From the NCBI RefSeq assembly GCF_001194135.2, contig NC_068983.1, positions 147,129,209-147,165,591 of the forward strand: a stretch of 36,383 nt of DNA, in the 5' to 3' direction. Each line of letters starts with the position of its first letter. Within the stretch, counting starts at the first letter, position 1. Positions 34,405-36,383 of this stretch are shown one piece after another. This DNA is from Octopus bimaculoides (taxonomy: Eukaryota). A program made the position numbers and the translations under genes. Below the pieces are notes generated by a model. The model ran no database searches. It saw only the letters and a list, made by a program, of their open reading frames with translations, and had not been told where the DNA came from.

Positions 34405-35626
34405 GTAAGTAATTATTCTTTATTTTATATTGAATTAGCATCCCTTCTTTTATTTTTGATGACTGTATATTTATCAGCAGACTTATGTGTTCAGTTAGTT
34501 ATCTATGATTCTTGGACTTGAAATATAAAGAAGTAAGCTTGTGGAAAACTGAGTCTATAGCTAAGATTCAATTACTTGTTCAAACCTTCCTACATTATCA
34601 ATATTTTTACATGAACATAGTAAATTCTCATTGAAGCCTTAATAAATATTTTGTTTTTGTATTTGATTTGAACTATTTGAGATATTTTGAGGTATTTTGA
34701 TGCTTATGGTCTTATATAATTTTTATATAATTTTATACCATTTATCATTTTATCATTAAAAGGAAATTGTATCTTTGACTCTTTTAGGATCCACATATTT
34801 GACAGACAGTTTGAATTTTGTGAAGGATATCAGTTTCACTGATTGCTTATATTTGCTATACACACACGCGCGCGCGCGCGCACATGCACACTCATACACA
34901 TGAGTGTGTGTGCATGCATGCATACACACACACACACACACGCACAAATGCCTGTTTGCAGAGAAAAACTAAAAAGTCAAACATATTTACACACTTAAAG
35001 AAAAAACTTTTCAGACAGCAAACATTTATTTGTTTTTGTTTCTATTATACTGCTCCTTTTATATTTTTGAACTAAAAAAACATGAAGATCAACAAATAAC
35101 TGAAATCAACAGTTATTTCAATTTTTGAAGCAGACCTAAGCAATAAGGTATCATCATACAAGTGAAAGTATTTTCAGCTGGTTTCTATCACCACCACTGT
35201 GCTATACCCATAATTAGCTCTCCCAACTACAAATAGGTTCCATACAAAGAATAGTTAAAGGAGACTATGGTAGACTATGTTGATTAATTATCAGTCATTT
35301 AGTGAAGAGGACAGTCATTTGTATCCCATCATTGATACAACATAGTATTCATGACCAATGTACTTAACTCCAAAATGCCTGAGTATTCTTAACTATAAAA
35401 ATGGTACAAAGAATTCAGATTCTTCAAGTGATCTCCTGTCAGTTGTAGAATTTATTCTCACAATCCAAACATTTTTTTATATTTTACTGTAAAACGTTTC
35501 AGAAGGTGAAACTAATAATTATTACCAATTTTCAGAGAAAATAATTTTACCATTTTAAGATGAATTATATCGCATTCATTGTGTCTATGTTACAAAATGA
35601 ATAAAATTTCAATTTTTTTTCTCTAG

Positions 35627-35941
35627 GCTTTTTTATGGAAACTAAATTCTCCTATGGTAAAAGCATGATGGTATCTCCAACTGAAAATATCACCAACAGC
35701 TGTGTACAAATCAGATATAAGATAATCAACAAAAATTGCACGCTGGCCATCTATAATGCCTTTAACAACAACACTATTTTTAGTATGGTGAGTGATGATA
35801 CAACTCCATGGGGAATAGCTCAAATGTATCTTCAGCAAAATACTACAAAACTTGTTTTTCAGGCAAAAAGTATGGGATATGAAATGTGTGAAGTTTTACT
35901 TGATTATGTCAACATCAGAGAAAATTATTGTCCACAATTAG
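35627..35941 (+). CDS. MAM5 C-half exon: GFFMETKFSYGKSMMVSPTENITNSCVQIRY...PWGIAQMYL...LVFQAKSMGYEMCEVLLDYVNIRENYCPQL
   Basis: T-tract + CTCTAG acceptor, G|GTAAGT donor, 315 nt phase 1-1. S-P, C-V-x-I-x-Y, W, L-V-F-x-A, L-D-x-V...C. Confidence 0.9.
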
Positions 35942-36135
35942 GTAAGTTTTTAAATTTGCTCTAGTTTTAGAAATTCTGGTTATATCAAACTAAATAGAAA
36001 TGTTTTGTTAATTAAACTTTTATGTTTGTGTAGTGTGCACAGGTCCATTGCCGCTCTGATAATTTTATAAGATTACACTAGTGAGTCTATATTGGATAAA
36101 ATTTTGATTAACCTTCTGTATTCCTTTTTTACCAG

Positions 36136-36165
36136 GAATTTCCAACTTGATATTCAACCAAATTG
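36136..36165 (+). CDS. Candidate 30-nt phase 1-1 micro-exon (GISNLIFNQI-G) following MAM5
   Basis: TTCCTTTTTTACCAG acceptor and G|GTAGGA donor keep the frame. No domain motif supports it. Confidence 0.3.
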
Positions 36166-36383
36166 GTAGGAATTGTGTTGAAAATCTAGTCAAACTGAAA
36201 ATAAATTTATGTCATCGGTGCATAATTAGGCTGTTTACAAATGTTTGTTTGCAGATAATGCTGTTTTATGAGTTTTTAAGCACTTTACCTATTTTTCAAC
36301 TATGAAATTTATCACACCTGAACACTACCTTTACCAAAAGACTAAAACATTGATTGTTTACAAGTGATCGTAAGAACAGTAAG

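Noticed and set aside
1906-35941. Naming the gene MALRD1, MAMDC2 or MAMDC4
   Set aside because: No LDLa repeats or termini are visible and the domains are very divergent; orthology cannot be assigned without a search.

Overview
AT-rich, repeat-dense eukaryotic draft-assembly window with several N gaps. The repeat families and microsatellite load suggest an octopus/coleoid cephalopod (inference, not verified). It holds the middle of one + strand gene: 12 GT-AG exons (1906-35941, 2435 nt, about 811 codons, no internal stop in my manual splice) encode the tail of one MAM (meprin/A5/PTPmu) domain plus five complete, divergent tandem MAM domains. No LDLa spacer, start, stop, signal peptide or TM segment is visible. 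The domains alternate between two types, (AB)n, have re-positioned cysteines, and are built almost entirely from frame-neutral phase-1/phase-1 half-domain exons. Introns contain decayed mobile elements: R4/Dong-type and RTE-clade LINEs, a mariner transposase relic, two Penelope-like fragments, a broken hammerhead-ribozyme repeat, several SINEs, a 134-bp palindromic MITE-like element and microsatellites. Most long ORFs in the supplied track are artefacts of N runs or microsatellites.
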